A stretch of 63,565 nucleotides of DNA, counting the filler, from Trypethelium eluteriae (lineage: Eukaryota), in assembly GCA_051942245.1 (NCBI GenBank). It is 4 parts of 4 records of this genome, joined end to end, with 100 filler letters (N's around TTAATTAATTAA, not from the genome) between each part and the next. Parts side by side here need not be neighbours in the genome. Positions count along the whole stretch, not along the records: positions 31,935 to 47,712 come from JAVECL010000640.1; positions 47,813 to 63,565 come from JAVECL010000641.1; 2 more parts are not named here. One strand, given 5' to 3'. Position 1 is the first letter of the stretch. Every line of letters begins with the position of its first letter. Positions 36,217-49,455 of this stretch are shown here, piece by piece. A program made the translations under genes and the position numbers. Below the pieces are notes generated by a model. It was not told the origin of the DNA. It ran no database searches and saw only the letters and a list, made by a program, of their open reading frames with translations.

Positions 36217-37660
36217 ATGATGACATCCTCAGCTCCTTGCTGGGTCAAAGAGAACAGTTGGAGTTATCCCACATTGCATGTCATCAATGTCGATGAAAGC
36301 GTAGGCGAAGAACGCAGCCACCTCGAATGGATTACTACTCACTCTCTGGGTCCTATGGACCGCGACAAGAAGCTTCTAAAAGTGCTTAACGACATGAAAG
36401 ATTGCCTCAGTCATTTGCTTGAAAACATAAAGGATGTTGCCTGGATCGTAGAAAACACACCTCCACAACTGGGTAGAAGTGGAACAGAAGCTCATCCCGT
36501 AACCCGGCTCCTCTATGTCTTCTCTTCTGTCGTACGCCAATATGTCGATTTTTTTGCCAAATTCATTCAATGGGTCCGTGACACTTATGCACAGTCAGAA
36601 GTACTGACTGGTCCAGTGGAGCAAAGCATGTCCCGTGTTGATGATATCAAATGTCGTATCAAGAATCTCGAAATCCTTAATGGGGAATTCTTATCAGGTC
36701 AGTGCTCTTTCAACAGAAGGACGTCACGCGATGGGTGTTTTTGAACCCGTCTGTCAATGAAACAATGTCAACTGACGAATGGGATCAGAGACCTCCCTCC
36801 CCGATCTAAGAGGCAAATGGGTTTGCCTAACACCCCAAGAGATTACAATACTATTCATACGAGTATACTTCGATGAGAAGAGGCACAAGACGCAGGACAC
36901 GGGTAAATCGAAGATTGGTGATGACTGTGGGGGAACGGGAGGGCGCATTGACGAAGAAAAGGACGAGGGCAAAGAGAAGGGAGATTGTGGAGATGAGGAA
37001 GAGCACAAGAAGCTTGAAGCAACGAAAAGCACTTTGAAAGATTTCTTGGATTTTCTTCTGCAAAGACCGTGGGCAACGAGACGCAATTACGAGGCAACCT
37101 CAAAGCCGTGCCCACTTGTGCCCGCTGTCGTGTGTTTCGACGAGACACGTAAAAGGCTAGGGATATCGAAACCAACCTGGCCAACGAGCATTTTCCATGA
37201 GCATCCCTGGATGAAATTTGTTGTGAAATCGAGAGATGCCCGGGTGGATTATGACGATGTTCAGCATCAATTCCGGGAGGCACAAAGAGCCCTAAATGAT
37301 ATTGCAGGTGTCGAAGGTGATGGAAAAATTCAAGCAGAAGCGAGCGACTGGATTCGGCACCGTTCAGACTTCCGAGCCAAGAGTGGGCAACTGCTGGCAG
37401 CGTGTAACGAACATGTTTGGCAAGCAATTGATGCCGGTTTCAGACAGGAACAGCAGTGTGGTCGTTGTCGATGCTACTATAGCGGTGTGGACGTTGTCTA
37501 TCCCAACGATGATATCAAGTGTCCGAAAGATACCAAAACAAAAGAGCAAGCAGACCATGCAGGACAAGCAGGACAGGTAAGACGACAGGTAAGGCCTTTA
37601 GGACCATGTGCGGAAAGCTGCCTTTATGCCGAGGAGATTCTGGCGTCACGGGCTCGATGA
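36217..37660 (+). CDS. Hypothetical protein with C-terminal Cys cluster (CGRCRC...GPCAE)
   Basis: ORFs 36217 and 36779 join in frame through the phase-1 intron 36698-36788 (GTCAGT...CTGAC...CAG). Confidence 0.55.
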
Positions 37661-38875
37661 GCCTAGTAAGAGTTCCTGTCTCCTAAGTATCAAGTCTTCG
37701 GCGTGATCGTATTGCTGAAGCTAGAGGCAGACTGTAAACGACTTGCAGATTTCGCTCAGTTTGGGTCGATCGGCAGTACGATACACTCAGCAGACCGATG
37801 CGGCCGAGGAGAACGGGCGGGCAAGACGTATTGAAAGCGAAGCTGGCGATAATATAGGCTAGTCTCGGGGTAGCAATTGTTCGGATTGATTGCCAGTCAG
37901 GCGAAGGTGAAGGTGTTTTTCTTAGGTCCTTTGGTTCGATTAGCATGGACCAGGCCCTGGTTTCCGCCAGCCCAGTGCCACATACCTACTCTAGTGCAGC
38001 GATCGGACACGTAGCTGCATACCTAGAATGATGAATGCATTATATCCGTATCTGGCTATGTAAGCTTGATACATGCCGATTTAGGCTCGATGATCGCTAC
38101 GTTGGGTCTGTGTTATAACCTTTCTCTCCCTGCTAAGTCTTTTACTTCTCCGTAAGTCACGTGATACCGAGGGTGCCGACTAGGCCCAACTGAACCGGTG
38201 CTAGACCTAATTCAGCAGATAATTGAGCCTAGATAATCAGCTAAATATGGATATTATATAGATAATTATATCATTTAATCCTGCCTGATCCAGTATGTTC
38301 TGTATATAGGTACCTATATGGAATACTCTATTCCTTTAAGGCACATGGAGATGGGAAAAAGATTCCGATACCGCCGACACCTTTCTAACCTTCGCAAATA
38401 GAATGTTTTATTTATGTCACAGATGAGCAAGGCCTAGACAAAACTACCTAGGTACGTGCTGAGCATGGCTAAATAAGCGCGTCGATACCATGAAGCAAAA
38501 ACGGGACAACGGCTTCGGTGACCTCTGTTGCCGATACACGATTTCAAAGATACGTTGATGAAGGGCTTTGAACAGTACGTGCATTGAATTTTATCAATCT
38601 CATTCGAGGAAACCTCAGCAAGCTAGACTCTCCTCCCAAAGAGTCCAACGAGCGACCAAAATTCCACTATTACAAGCGAGAGAGTCTATCTCTAGAAACA
38701 CAAACGCGTACACACCCTCAAAGCTGAGATCTCAACCTGTAATCCACCTATCCAAAACAGCAGGTGGCCGTGGCCATGAAAGACAGGCAAGCAAGCATCG
38801 CAGCCCTTCAACTCCCAATTCTGCAATTTTCCCGGCGAACCGACGCGGCTCCTTCGAGCTGTGCTGTCAACCTTT

Positions 38876-41800
38876 CTAAGCCTTGCTCAGATACTTCAAA
38901 ACACTCTCCTTTTCCTCCACTGGCAGCATCCCCAGCATCTGTGCCACCCCCTTCAGACCCCCTTCCTTACTACTCCTCAATAGCGCCGCAACATCATACG
39001 CGACCGCATCCGTCTTCATAGCCTCCACCTTCGCATGGATTTCCTTGCGATTCTCCTCGTACCATACCGCGACCTTCGCATCATCCTGATCAAAGCCCGG
39101 GATGCCGGACCACGCCTTCAGCGTCTCGAGGTGGGCCTCGCGATCCGCGAGCTCCTTCGACGCCGCCGCATGCATACGTTTCAGGATATACTCCTCATTG
39201 AGGCGTCGCCTCAAGCGCCAATAGAAGAAGCGCCGCGCGTTCTGCCAGCGCAAGGGGCGACGAATCGTGCCCTTCGCCTCCATGCGACCCGCGCGGTCGT
39301 GGAGGTCGGCAAACTGCAGCGAGATCTGGCTGTACACCGGCAGCAGCAGCGTCTCGCGCTCCGTCATCTTGGCCTTGACCTCGGACATCTGCTCGGCCGA
39401 GAGCGTCTTGGATTCCAGCTGGCGCCGGAGGTCGCCGTAGATGGGGTCGAGCCGCGCCATGGTTTCGAGCTGTCGGTCTTTGCGGAATTTGATGCCGACG
39501 ATGCCTTCGGGTTCGAGCACGCCACCGCGGCCGTCTTCGTCGGCGTACATTTCCATGTATTGCGCGTTGATGGTGGGGTCGACGACGACCTAGTGGAAGG
39601 AGAGTTAGTAAAGCGGATTGGAGGGTAAGGGGGTAGGGAATAAAGTGTGGAACTTACCCATGATCCTCCTCGGAGCTCACCAAATGGTGGGATGTACACG
39701 AAGATAGGTTGCTCGTACTTGACGAGGGCGTCAACGATGTAGCTTCCGTACTTGAGCACTTCGTTGTACATGTCACGCTGACCACCCGAGAAACCACGCC
39801 AGTTGGCAAGAATCATCAATGGTAGCTGCTCGCCATTGTTGAAGTCACGAATGGCTTGGGCAGTCTTGAAGGCGGAGTTGGGATACCACACACCACCGGC
39901 TTCGGACGTGACTTGCTCAATGGAGTCAGGATTGGCAGGGTCGGCAGGCATGACGTTCTCAACCGATCGAGTCTCAACACCAATCACACCGACGGGAATG
40001 CCACCAAGGCGAGCGCGACCGATGACAACAGTTCGAGCCCAGCCACCAAGCGCCTCCTCGAAGGAACCACGGTCGAAGAGACCTGACAGGAAACCCTCGT
40101 CGCTCTCCTGACCAGCGATGAGCCATCTCACGTCGTAGCTCTGCTTCTGGGGCGGATAGTAGGTCACGTCTCTATCCCAGTTGTCGGAGCTGGGTGAGAT
40201 CGGTACCGGGTTATTCTTCTTATCAGGTACGAAGCTCATCCATCGCACAATCTTTGATACACCCTCAAAGTCATCGTTGGCTGTCATGTGCGAGACGCCG
40301 TTCTTATACATGATCTGGGTGCCACCGAGCTGCAAGTTCGAAGTGTAGACTTCGCGACCGAGCAGCTTATTGATAGCAGGAGCACCAGTCAGGATGATCG
40401 GCTGGCCTTCGATTTGAATGGCACGCTGGCCGAGGCGAACAAGATAGGCACCAATACCAACGGATCGGCAGGTGACGAGGGTGATGGTAAAGATGTCGTC
40501 GTACGCTCGGCTCGTCTCACCAGCGATCAACCCGGATCCGCGCAGGCACTCGACACCGAGGCCATCTTCAGCGCCGACAATTGTTGTGATTCTGTGGCGG
40601 ACCTCCCCATTCTCGGTGATCTTCTCGGTAATCACATCACGGCGCTTGCCATCGTTGAATCGCTTCTTCTTCTCCTCGGTAAGGTAGAGGTACTTGAAGC
40701 CCTTCTCTGGTCGGCTTGGATCATTCCAAGCGACACTGAAGTGCGGAATGAGTTCTTCGGCCAGACCAATGCGTGCACCAGAGTTGGCGGATAGGTAGAT
40801 TCGAGGGATCCCAAGACGTCGAGCGAGTTCGGAACATTTATGGAAAAACTTATCTTCCAGTGGACCGAATGACCCGATCTTAAAGGTAACATCGTTGGCA
40901 ATGATAATGAAGCGTCGGCCTCGAGGATATTCAGGAGTCTTGGCAGTTACAAGCCAACCAACCATACCAATGGTGTTGGTACCAGGCTCGCGAGCAACTT
41001 CAGCGAGGTTATCGGAATCATCAAGCAAAAGCTCACTGTATTCGATACATTCGCCCTTGACTGGTTGCTTATCCTTGAGATGGGGGTGCTTGGATACGGC
41101 TACGGTCCAGCTGTTCTCCACGGCTTGTCTGAAAAGCTCCGGGAAGTCATACACGTACTGAGTGCCCATGATGTGTGCCTTGTACCGTTTAGGCTGAAGG
41201 GCACCCTTTGTTTCGTAAGGTGTAGACACAGGACGCATATGCATGGAACCGATCTTCGAGGTGCCTCCCACGCTGTGGAATACCCAGTCACCCTTCTCAG
41301 ATTTGCGCTCAGCATACATGTCGACCTGGATGATGAATCCTGAGGTGTTGGTGATAATCACGCGAAGAGGGGAAGGCACCCCAGTGTTAGGATCAGTACA
41401 GACGATACGGATCTCGGCGCCAGTAACGCGGAGCCTCCAGGCACGGCGACCGAAACGCTCAAGGAAGCCCTCGAGGGCCCGTTCCACTTCCTGAGGGCTG
41501 AGAGCGAACACATGGGAGAAGTTGATAAAGATATGGTTCATGTCAGAGTTGTTGTGACCAAGAATCTCCAAAGCATCAAGGATATCATTAAGAAGTCTAT
41601 CAGCCTCAGAGATGACGTACTCAGCAGTAGGAATCTCATCTCGGACACGACCGGGTCGGACGACAGCACGGGTGAAGTAACGCTTGTCATTTTCGGCACC
41701 CTTCCCTACAGCTTCGTAGACGTGAATGTTGCGGTTCTCAGTGAAGACTGGCTTGATGTTGAACTTTGAAAGTCGGCTCAATTCATGCTGGAAGGCTAAG

Positions 41801-44800
41801 GCAGGCTCAATATGACGAATACTGGAATCTTCCTCGTACTTGGGACCACGGAACGTATAGTATCCCGGATAAGTTCCATCTTTGTGTCCGCAAATGAAAG
41901 TGACTCGGCGAACCTTTCGTGCAACTAGCTCGTCCTTGTACTCATTAATGATTGGAATAATTCGGTTCAAGATCTCAGTGTCGTCGATGCTTTCAGCATC
42001 ACGGACGGCGACGTTGCAGACTCCCGTAAGCTCGTCTTGGCGATCAGCCTCATTTGGTGGGTCATCAGATGGCGGTTTCCGCATGCTTGATAGACCTGCC
42101 ATTAACGTCTTCTCGCCAGGCTTCTTCGCGCTAAAGTAACCACCGGCGCCACTACCACCACCATAGGGGAAAGCTTCAAGCGCGCGAGCCAGCGATTCTT
42201 CAGCTTCATCAATGTAGTGGACGGGAAGCATGACACCCTTCCTAGTAGGTTCTCCTTGCGTTCTATCTTCGAGATACGTCATATCACTGATGGAGTGGAT
42301 ACGCTTGTACTGAGGAGCGCCAAGACCTGGTGTTCCAGGTGTAGAAGAAGGCGTCACCGGCTGTGAAGATTCAAGCGGAAGTCCGTATTCTGATTGGGAA
42401 ATCTTGCGCAGAGCAAAGTCCCATGAGAGGATATAAGGCGTGTCTTGCTCCACGTTGTAGTGGAGTTGTTTGAGCTGGTACGCCCTGTATGCGCGACGAG
42501 TGTAGACCTCGAGCGCAGCCAACGAGACCCACGGATCGGAGTGAACGAAGAACATGGGCAAGACATCGAAGACAGTGTATTTAGAGTCCACGACTTCACG
42601 AATAATATCGAGGTTGGGCTCTCGGTGATCCCAGCCACTCTCGCCATATCTCGATTCGAGAACAGCAGATCGTAAGATATGTTCCATTTGCGATGTACGT
42701 TCCTCAAGAGATGGCATCGCACACTGTATCAACACTTCTCGGGCCTTGAGGGCAACTTTAGCGGTTTGTCGAGATTCGAGATCCGTGAGTTTGCGAAGAA
42801 TGGTACGGAAGTGCTTGGCAACATTTCCGGCACCAGGCTTGTTCGGTCGGTACATGTCCAAGATGGCCACACAAAGATTGTTTTTGGCATTGACACGGGT
42901 GTGGGATAGCACCTCGTGAACCACTTTGCTCACATTTTCCCTGTTCTCGTCCCTGAGCTTAAGGATGACTTCTTCGTCCCTTGAATTTCGTGAAGAAAAT
43001 TGGGACTCCACTTCCCAGTACTGGTTGAGAATCGCAGTGAAAATATCGTACTCGTGCACTTTGAGACCGTCTACGTATCGACTGATCACATCGAGAAGAG
43101 GAGTCAAAGATGACTTGAGCAAGTCGGCGTCACTAGCAGCAACGTTCTCTTCCAGGAACCGATAAAACGCCTTTTGAAGTTGCTTCGCGGGGAACTCAGC
43201 AGCTCGTGAGTGCGCACGGTCAACTATCTGTGCAAGCTGAACGTCAAGCTTCTGCGGCATGCGAGTGCGAAGCGCGGACGATTGAGCTGCCCACTCGCCA
43301 TAGGGAAGCTCGCTATCACGGAGCACATCCACAAGCTCCTTTAGCGTGCTCTGCATGATGACTTGGTTGTCGAAGCCTTGCATTATATTTTGTAGTACGC
43401 CGTAGAGAAACGCAAATCTTTGAGGAGGCTTGTTGCCCATGATCGTTGGCGGCCCCATCTCCGGAAGTTGGCCGAGGAATGGCTGAGCCGACTTGACCTT
43501 TGAAGGATCATCGAGAGCCAGTATTCCAAGAATGTCACCTGCTTCAAGTGTAGCACCCGGTTGCTTGATGAGGTTAACCATACCATCCTCCTGGGCGATC
43601 AACGGCATGTACATTTTCATAACTTCAACTTCAGCAAAAGGTTGGCCTTTATTGACGTGTTCTCCGTTTTCGACAGTGTATTTGACAAGTTTGCCCGGGC
43701 TTGGCGTACGAAGTTGGGTCGGATCATTCTCCTGCTCAAGCAAGCAGGTTTTGCTATCGACGCTTAGACGGGTGGCGCCAACTTCCTCACTCCAGTAGAT
43801 ATTATGGCTCTTGCCACTAAGGAGCACTAAGAGACCACCATCCGAGAGGGCCCGGACACCAACTTGACATCTCGAGCCGTTGATGAAAAGGGTGTAGCTA
43901 TCGATGCTCGAGCGGGTTGCCGTGAATTTGTAACGATATCCCTCATAGATGAAGTCGACCGGAAAGACTGTTTTTAACATATCCTTTGATGGCACTTGGC
44001 CCTTCTCTAAGCTCATTCGGTATTCGCTCATGCAAATGTCGGTCGCAATGTGGGCCCTAGTGACAGCACCGCAAATGACTGCAACCATTGGGTCGGGTCG
44101 CTCTGCAGTAAGCTTCTTAGAGATCAGTTCGTCAAGCCATCCTGTCGTGATTGTGTTGTCCTCGAAAGCAGGAGTCTCGAGCAGTTTGATAAGGTACTCG
44201 ACAGTGGTCCTAAAATCACCACGAATGCTCAACTCCTTGAGAGCGATAACCATGTGCTTCCGTGAAGCTGCGCGATTCTCACCATACGCAAAAATGTGGC
44301 CGAATTGACTGTCCGCAAAGCTGTGGATACTACTGGCCGAACTGACAGAGAAGTAACCCCAGACGTTGGAACTTGACCGGAAATTCAATTCGTGCATAGT
44401 ACCACCCGACGGCTTGAATCCCTCACCGGGGTCTTCGGAAGTGATACGACAAGCGGTACAGTGGCCCTTTGGTTGAGGTCGTCGTTGTTGCAAGGAGCTG
44501 CTCTCCTTGGAAAAGTCGAAATCAATGGCTGTAGCAGTGTGAGGATCAGCACCATACAACAGCCGAATGTCCTTGATACGGTGCAATGGGATGCCCATGG
44601 CAACCTGGAGTTGGGCAGCTGGCAGGTTAACTCCGCTGACCATCTCTGTTGTAGGGTGCTCGACCTGCAGACGAGGATTAAGTTCCAGGAAGTAGAATTT
44701 GTCGTCCGCATGCGAATAGAGATATTCCACTGTACCTGCCGAGACGTAGCCGACAAGTTTACCGAGTGAGACAGCGGCCTTCTCCATCTTCGAAAAGGTA

Positions 44801-46005
44801 GTTTGGTTAGCAATGGTTACCGGAGCTTCTTCGATGATTTTTTGGTGTCGTCTCTGCACGGAGCAATCTCTGCCGAACAGAGAAATATTGTTACCGTACT
44901 GATCCGCCAGAAGTTGGACTTCCAAATGGCGAGCGTTTCCTGCCAACTTCATGATGAAGATGGGGGAGCCAGGAATTTCGCTCGCTGCTGCTCGATACAT
45001 CTGTACGAAATTCTCTTCGCTTTCAACTTTCCGGATACCTTTACCGCCGCCACCTTCGGAGGCTTTGACCATGACCGGGAAGCCAATCTTCTTAGCCATT
45101 TCCAGCCCTTCTTCAGCAGAATGTGTGCATCCCTTGTCATAAATATCCTCTCTTACGGTGACGATGTTATTATCGTCAACCTCGACCTCCTGGACTCCCG
45201 TACCAGACCAGGGTATACAAGGTACTCCAGCGTGCTGTGCAACGATTGTTGAGGAAATCTTGTCGCCAAGTGATCGCATGGCAGACCCTGGAGGACCGAT
45301 GAAGACAATCTTGTGCGGTGAAGCGGCTAAGGATTCTGGAAGAGTTGGGTTTTCTGAAGCATGGCCCCTAGCACTCGCTATTAGCGACGCGAAAAACCCA
45401 AGGCTTTAAATTCGGTACTCACCATCCTGCCCATACTGCATGGACCCCAATACGCTCCGCAACATCGACGATAAGCTCGACATTGGCGTAATTGTTGTTG
45501 TTCGTGCCTCCAGGAACCTGTCGGACTCCGTGTCAGCCATGAGCTTTATTGTGACCGCGATTGTTCGGAAATTTCCAAATTTATGATGAGACCGTCTGCC
45601 TACCTCAACATATTGATCAGCCATGCGGATATAGTCTGCGTTGGCCTGGAGGTCTTCCGGTGTAGCCATCACCGTGAACTGGATTGCCCGCTCGTCTCCG
45701 AAAGTCTCGTATGCCCATTTTCGCACTGATCTGATTTCTTTGACTGCTGCGATGCCGTTGTTTGCGATAAGAACCTAAGTCGCTCATCAGAAAATATTAC
45801 AAGAAATTCCCGGAATCCCTTGCGTCGGTGTGCGACTTACGTTGGTGATCACTGTGTGCCCGTCCTGGGCGGCCACAAAATCTTTGACTTTGCTGGGAGG
45901 AGCTGCATTTAAATGATTTCCGCCTATGAAATGCGGAGCCAAATTGTACTTCGCAGCATGAGAGCTCGGATGGCCATTCGCTTTCGTTCCGTTCACTTGC
46001 ACCAT
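38876..46005 (-). CDS. ACC1: Acetyl-CoA carboxylase
   Basis: ATG at 46005; introns at 45840-45775, 45603-45518, 45422-45368 and 39657-39590. It has the BC motifs [16 protein letters not shown] and GGGGKGIR, the biotin site EVMKM, and the CT motifs SGARIG and ANWRGFSGG. Confidence 0.97.
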
Positions 46006-47712
46006 CTTCGTGGTCAATTCGGAGGTTGTCCTCCCATGCACTTCTTGTGAAAGAGGAAAAAGCTCAGCGTGACGTCCAATGTAACGCCAACTCCACTACC
46101 ACCAAAATTTCGAAAGATAGATCTTTCTCGCGAACTGATGGTTATTCCCCCAAGTTTGATGCACCGATCAAGCAACAGCGATAGCTAGAAGTGACAACGT
46201 GGGAGGACGTTGCGCCTACTTGCAATGCAGGGTAAGTGGGTGAGATGCGATTTGAGGATATTACGAGTGAGCGAGGAATCGATAGGAAGTTTGCGGAAGT
46301 CAGGAGGGGGAAGGAGAGTGAGAAGGTTCAAGCTCGCGGGCGGGCAGCTGAGGGTGTGCAGTATATAACAAATGCACGCTTCTCGAGTCGCCGGATGTTG
46401 AGCTGACGGCGCCAGCTTTCCGAACCTTTGCCCGTTACGACACGGCCTCTCTCCAATGGTCATCTCTCAGCACAGGCCGATAAGATTGGTGAGACTCGGG
46501 ATTTGCTACATGGGTCCGGGACGCACCTCGCGAGCCGAACATTCGGGGAACTGCATGTGGCTTGGATGATTTACCTCACATCTGCGTTTAGTACATACGG
46601 AGTTACTTCATGGAGCTATCCAAACCCCCCAGCAGGTTCTCCATTCTTGACGAGCTGACGGGTAGTCTGGCGGCTGTAACCACTGAATTTAGCGCGTGTT
46701 ATGATCCAAAGCTGAAGTCTCTGCGCAGTCAAGCTCTTAGAATTCTGCATTTGTTGGGTTTTGTTTTTTAAGCTTCCACCCTTCAACATTTCCCCAAGAT
46801 TTCCTAGCCGACCATCCCTGTCCTTCTGGAGCTTTCCATGCTTGCGATTCGCTTGTTCTCTTCCGATCTCAACCACCGGTGCTCAAGACCCGATCCCCGA
46901 ACCCTCAAAGTTCGCGTACGTATTCTTTCCAAGCGTTTGATCTCATCGGCGCAGCGTCCATCTTCAAAAATTATCAATATAATTAGTGTTCCGGCAAAGA
47001 GTAAGGGGTCAAAGGGCCCGCATGTAAATATAGCATCCCGTAACGACCAACATCCTTGGATCCCGGGAGCCCGTGGGGGGCCGATCTACGAAGTCCGCTC
47101 CTTCCCCCCGGAGCTCCTCCACCCTACTCTGCGCTTCGGACTTTGGCCCAACTGAACGAGGAAATGCATGATATAATTGCATCTTTTCAATGGACCTGAC
47201 GTTAGCCGACTGGACGACGTCCTCGGTAGCTTTCAGCGGCAGGATCTGTTGATTCATTTGGTCTAGTAGTTGAACCTTTTTGTTCGGATCTCACGGTACC
47301 ATCGCTGGCTGGAGACGTTCCACTAATTTTTCCCCAGTGGATAGTATCTAATGACATCCATTTGAAATACTTTTCATACTCGACTCGTGTGAATTTCTAG
47401 CCTACCTGATAGACCTCGTGGGCTCGTAGAGGTCTAACGCATGTACTTTCCGATTGTGAGGCTTATGGGTCGTGCAGCCGTCAGCTTCGTTATCATACTA
47501 TTAACAAAAGAAATAGCGTTGTGGTATCATGTCCCCTGCATACCTGGATCGCTTTTACAAGAAGCAACACACCACGGCAGAATAGATTCCGACCCCTGAA
47601 AACGCACGCTCAAGCCCAGTGACAGTAAGGAAACCCGTCGCACCCTTGTCATGGGATATCCCCAACTCTAGCACTACCGCCTGAACCTCGTGGCTCCCCT
47701 GCCCTTCAATAC

Positions 47713-47812
47713 NNNNNNNNNNNNNNNNNNNNNNNNNNNNNNNNNNNNNNNNNNNNTTAATTAATTAANNNNNNNNNNNNNNNNNNNNNNNNNNNNNNNN
47801 NNNNNNNNNNNN
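47713..47812. other. Artificial contig linker
   Basis: N44-TTAATTAATTAA-N44. Confidence 0.97.
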
Positions 47813-48002
47813 TTCTTATCTGGCTAGGAAATGAAGCTGCATATATACACCGTAACAACCCCTGTATCTTCGGGATCTCATCCTTCTGCTTCCGAGAGTA
47901 TTAGTCAGCTAAATGACCTAGAACTCTCTGATATAGCTAGGATAATATTGACAAAATTGGTATCTCTCCTATTATGAAAGAATGACCGCTGATGGTGAAT
48001 AG

Positions 48003-48849
48003 AATCCGTAGCCGAGTCTACTAGAAGACCCTTGTTAAGCATTACTGCGGCCGACTTAGACCATGAGCCTGTGCAGTTAGAGAAAAATTTGCTCACATTT
48101 TTTCGCAATGCCAATGACTGGGGTGCTATCGTGTTACTCGACGAAGCTGATATTTATCTCGAACGCCGCAGAACGAGCGATCTTGAGAGAAACTCTGTTG
48201 TTTCAAGTACGACTCTCTGCTCGTAGCTGCTATAAGTCACACTGACTGAAGCTGTTTAGTTTTCCTCCGCGCTTTGGATTATTTCGAAGGCATTTTGTTT
48301 CTTACAACGAATCGCGTAGGCTCTTTTGATGAGGCGTTTTTATCGCGGATTCATGTCCAAATTGGCTATGATCCTCTGACGGATGATGCACGGCAAAAGA
48401 TTTGGCAAAATCATTTCGATAAGCTCGAAAATAATCATGAGCAGGGTTGCAAGAAGATTGACATTGAAAATTACGCGAGGATGTGGGTACAAGAAATTCA
48501 GCAGGTTCTCAAGCTGCAATGGAATGGTCGTGAGATTCGCAATGGTAAGTCTTTTATACATCCCTCCCCTCAAATGGTTCTGTTCTGAGTATGTCTAGCT
48601 TTTTCAACCGCTGTAGCTTTAGCTTTGTACGAGTCCCAAGACAGGGAAACGCCTAAGGTTAAACAAAAACATTTGGAGGCTGTTGCGAAAATGTCCTCAG
48701 CCTTCAAGGATTATGTGATATCCACACACGGAGCTGATCGTGAGTTGTATCTGCTCCGAATTGAAATGGTCACCAACTAACGAGAGTCAGAATCCGTCCT
48801 GGCTTACAGAAATAATTTGCGCGATGACAAGATAAAACACGATACTTAG
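48003..48849 (+). CDS. C-terminal part of a fungal AAA+ ATPase (5'-truncated or relic)
   Basis: Reads ESVAE...LLSITAADL, Walker B IVLLDEAD, LTTNRVGSFDEAFLSRIH and WNGREIRN. Introns at ~48208-48259, 48545-48598 and 48740-48790. No Walker A exon is found in 47813-48002. Confidence 0.75.
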
Positions 48850-48934
48850 CTATACGCGTTAAAACCCCTTCATATTCTGCATTGCTGTTCTTGGATGTTG
48901 CTACAGCACTGATTGTTGGATATACGAGTATCAC
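48782..48934 (+). repeat. Direct repeat copy 1 (last AAA exon plus 3' UTR)
   Basis: Aligns with 51351-51508, including the exact 32-mer TGCTGTTCTTGGATGTTGCTACAGCACTGATT. Confidence 0.9.
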
Positions 48935-49455
48935 CCATACACGAGATAGACTTAATTTCATATTGGTTTTATTCGGGAATCAATCGGATGCCAAAGATAT
49001 CTCAGCATGGAACTGTTGCTGAATGCGCGCAGTGGATGTGTGTGAGAGCAGAAGACTTTGCCTTTCACCTTGCCTAGGCTTGCAGCACATCGCAATGGAT
49101 TATGGCAAGTGTCAGATATTATGATGCAACAAAAAGGACCCTAAGGCTCTTTCCTTTCGGTCGGACGGTAAGCAAGAAGGTCAAAAAGCCATTCAACTTA
49201 GAGTTTTATTTAACAGTTTGGGATTCTACCCAATCCCTCAATCAATTGCTCGCTTGCAAACGCTGTCGTGCGTCGTGCTCTTCATGTCGGGTGACACATA
49301 TCGCAAAGTTGATCTGTAGTAGACTTCCTACTCGAATTTAACAAAGTCTCACATGAAAATATTATAAAACGTCATTGAATTCTTGAAACCCGGTCTAACT
49401 TCCGTACTGCACTTGTCATCGCGTCATGATGAAGACCAAATGTCTCACGTCAACT

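Noticed and set aside
38304..38319. 16-bp palindrome ATATAGGTACCTATAT
   Set aside because: AGGTACCT-type motifs are common in fungal intergenic DNA and recur elsewhere in this window.
39364..39657. Aberrant ACC1 C-terminus and a separate 226-aa ORF suggesting a split gene
   Set aside because: Intron 39657-39590 joins them into a normal ACC1.
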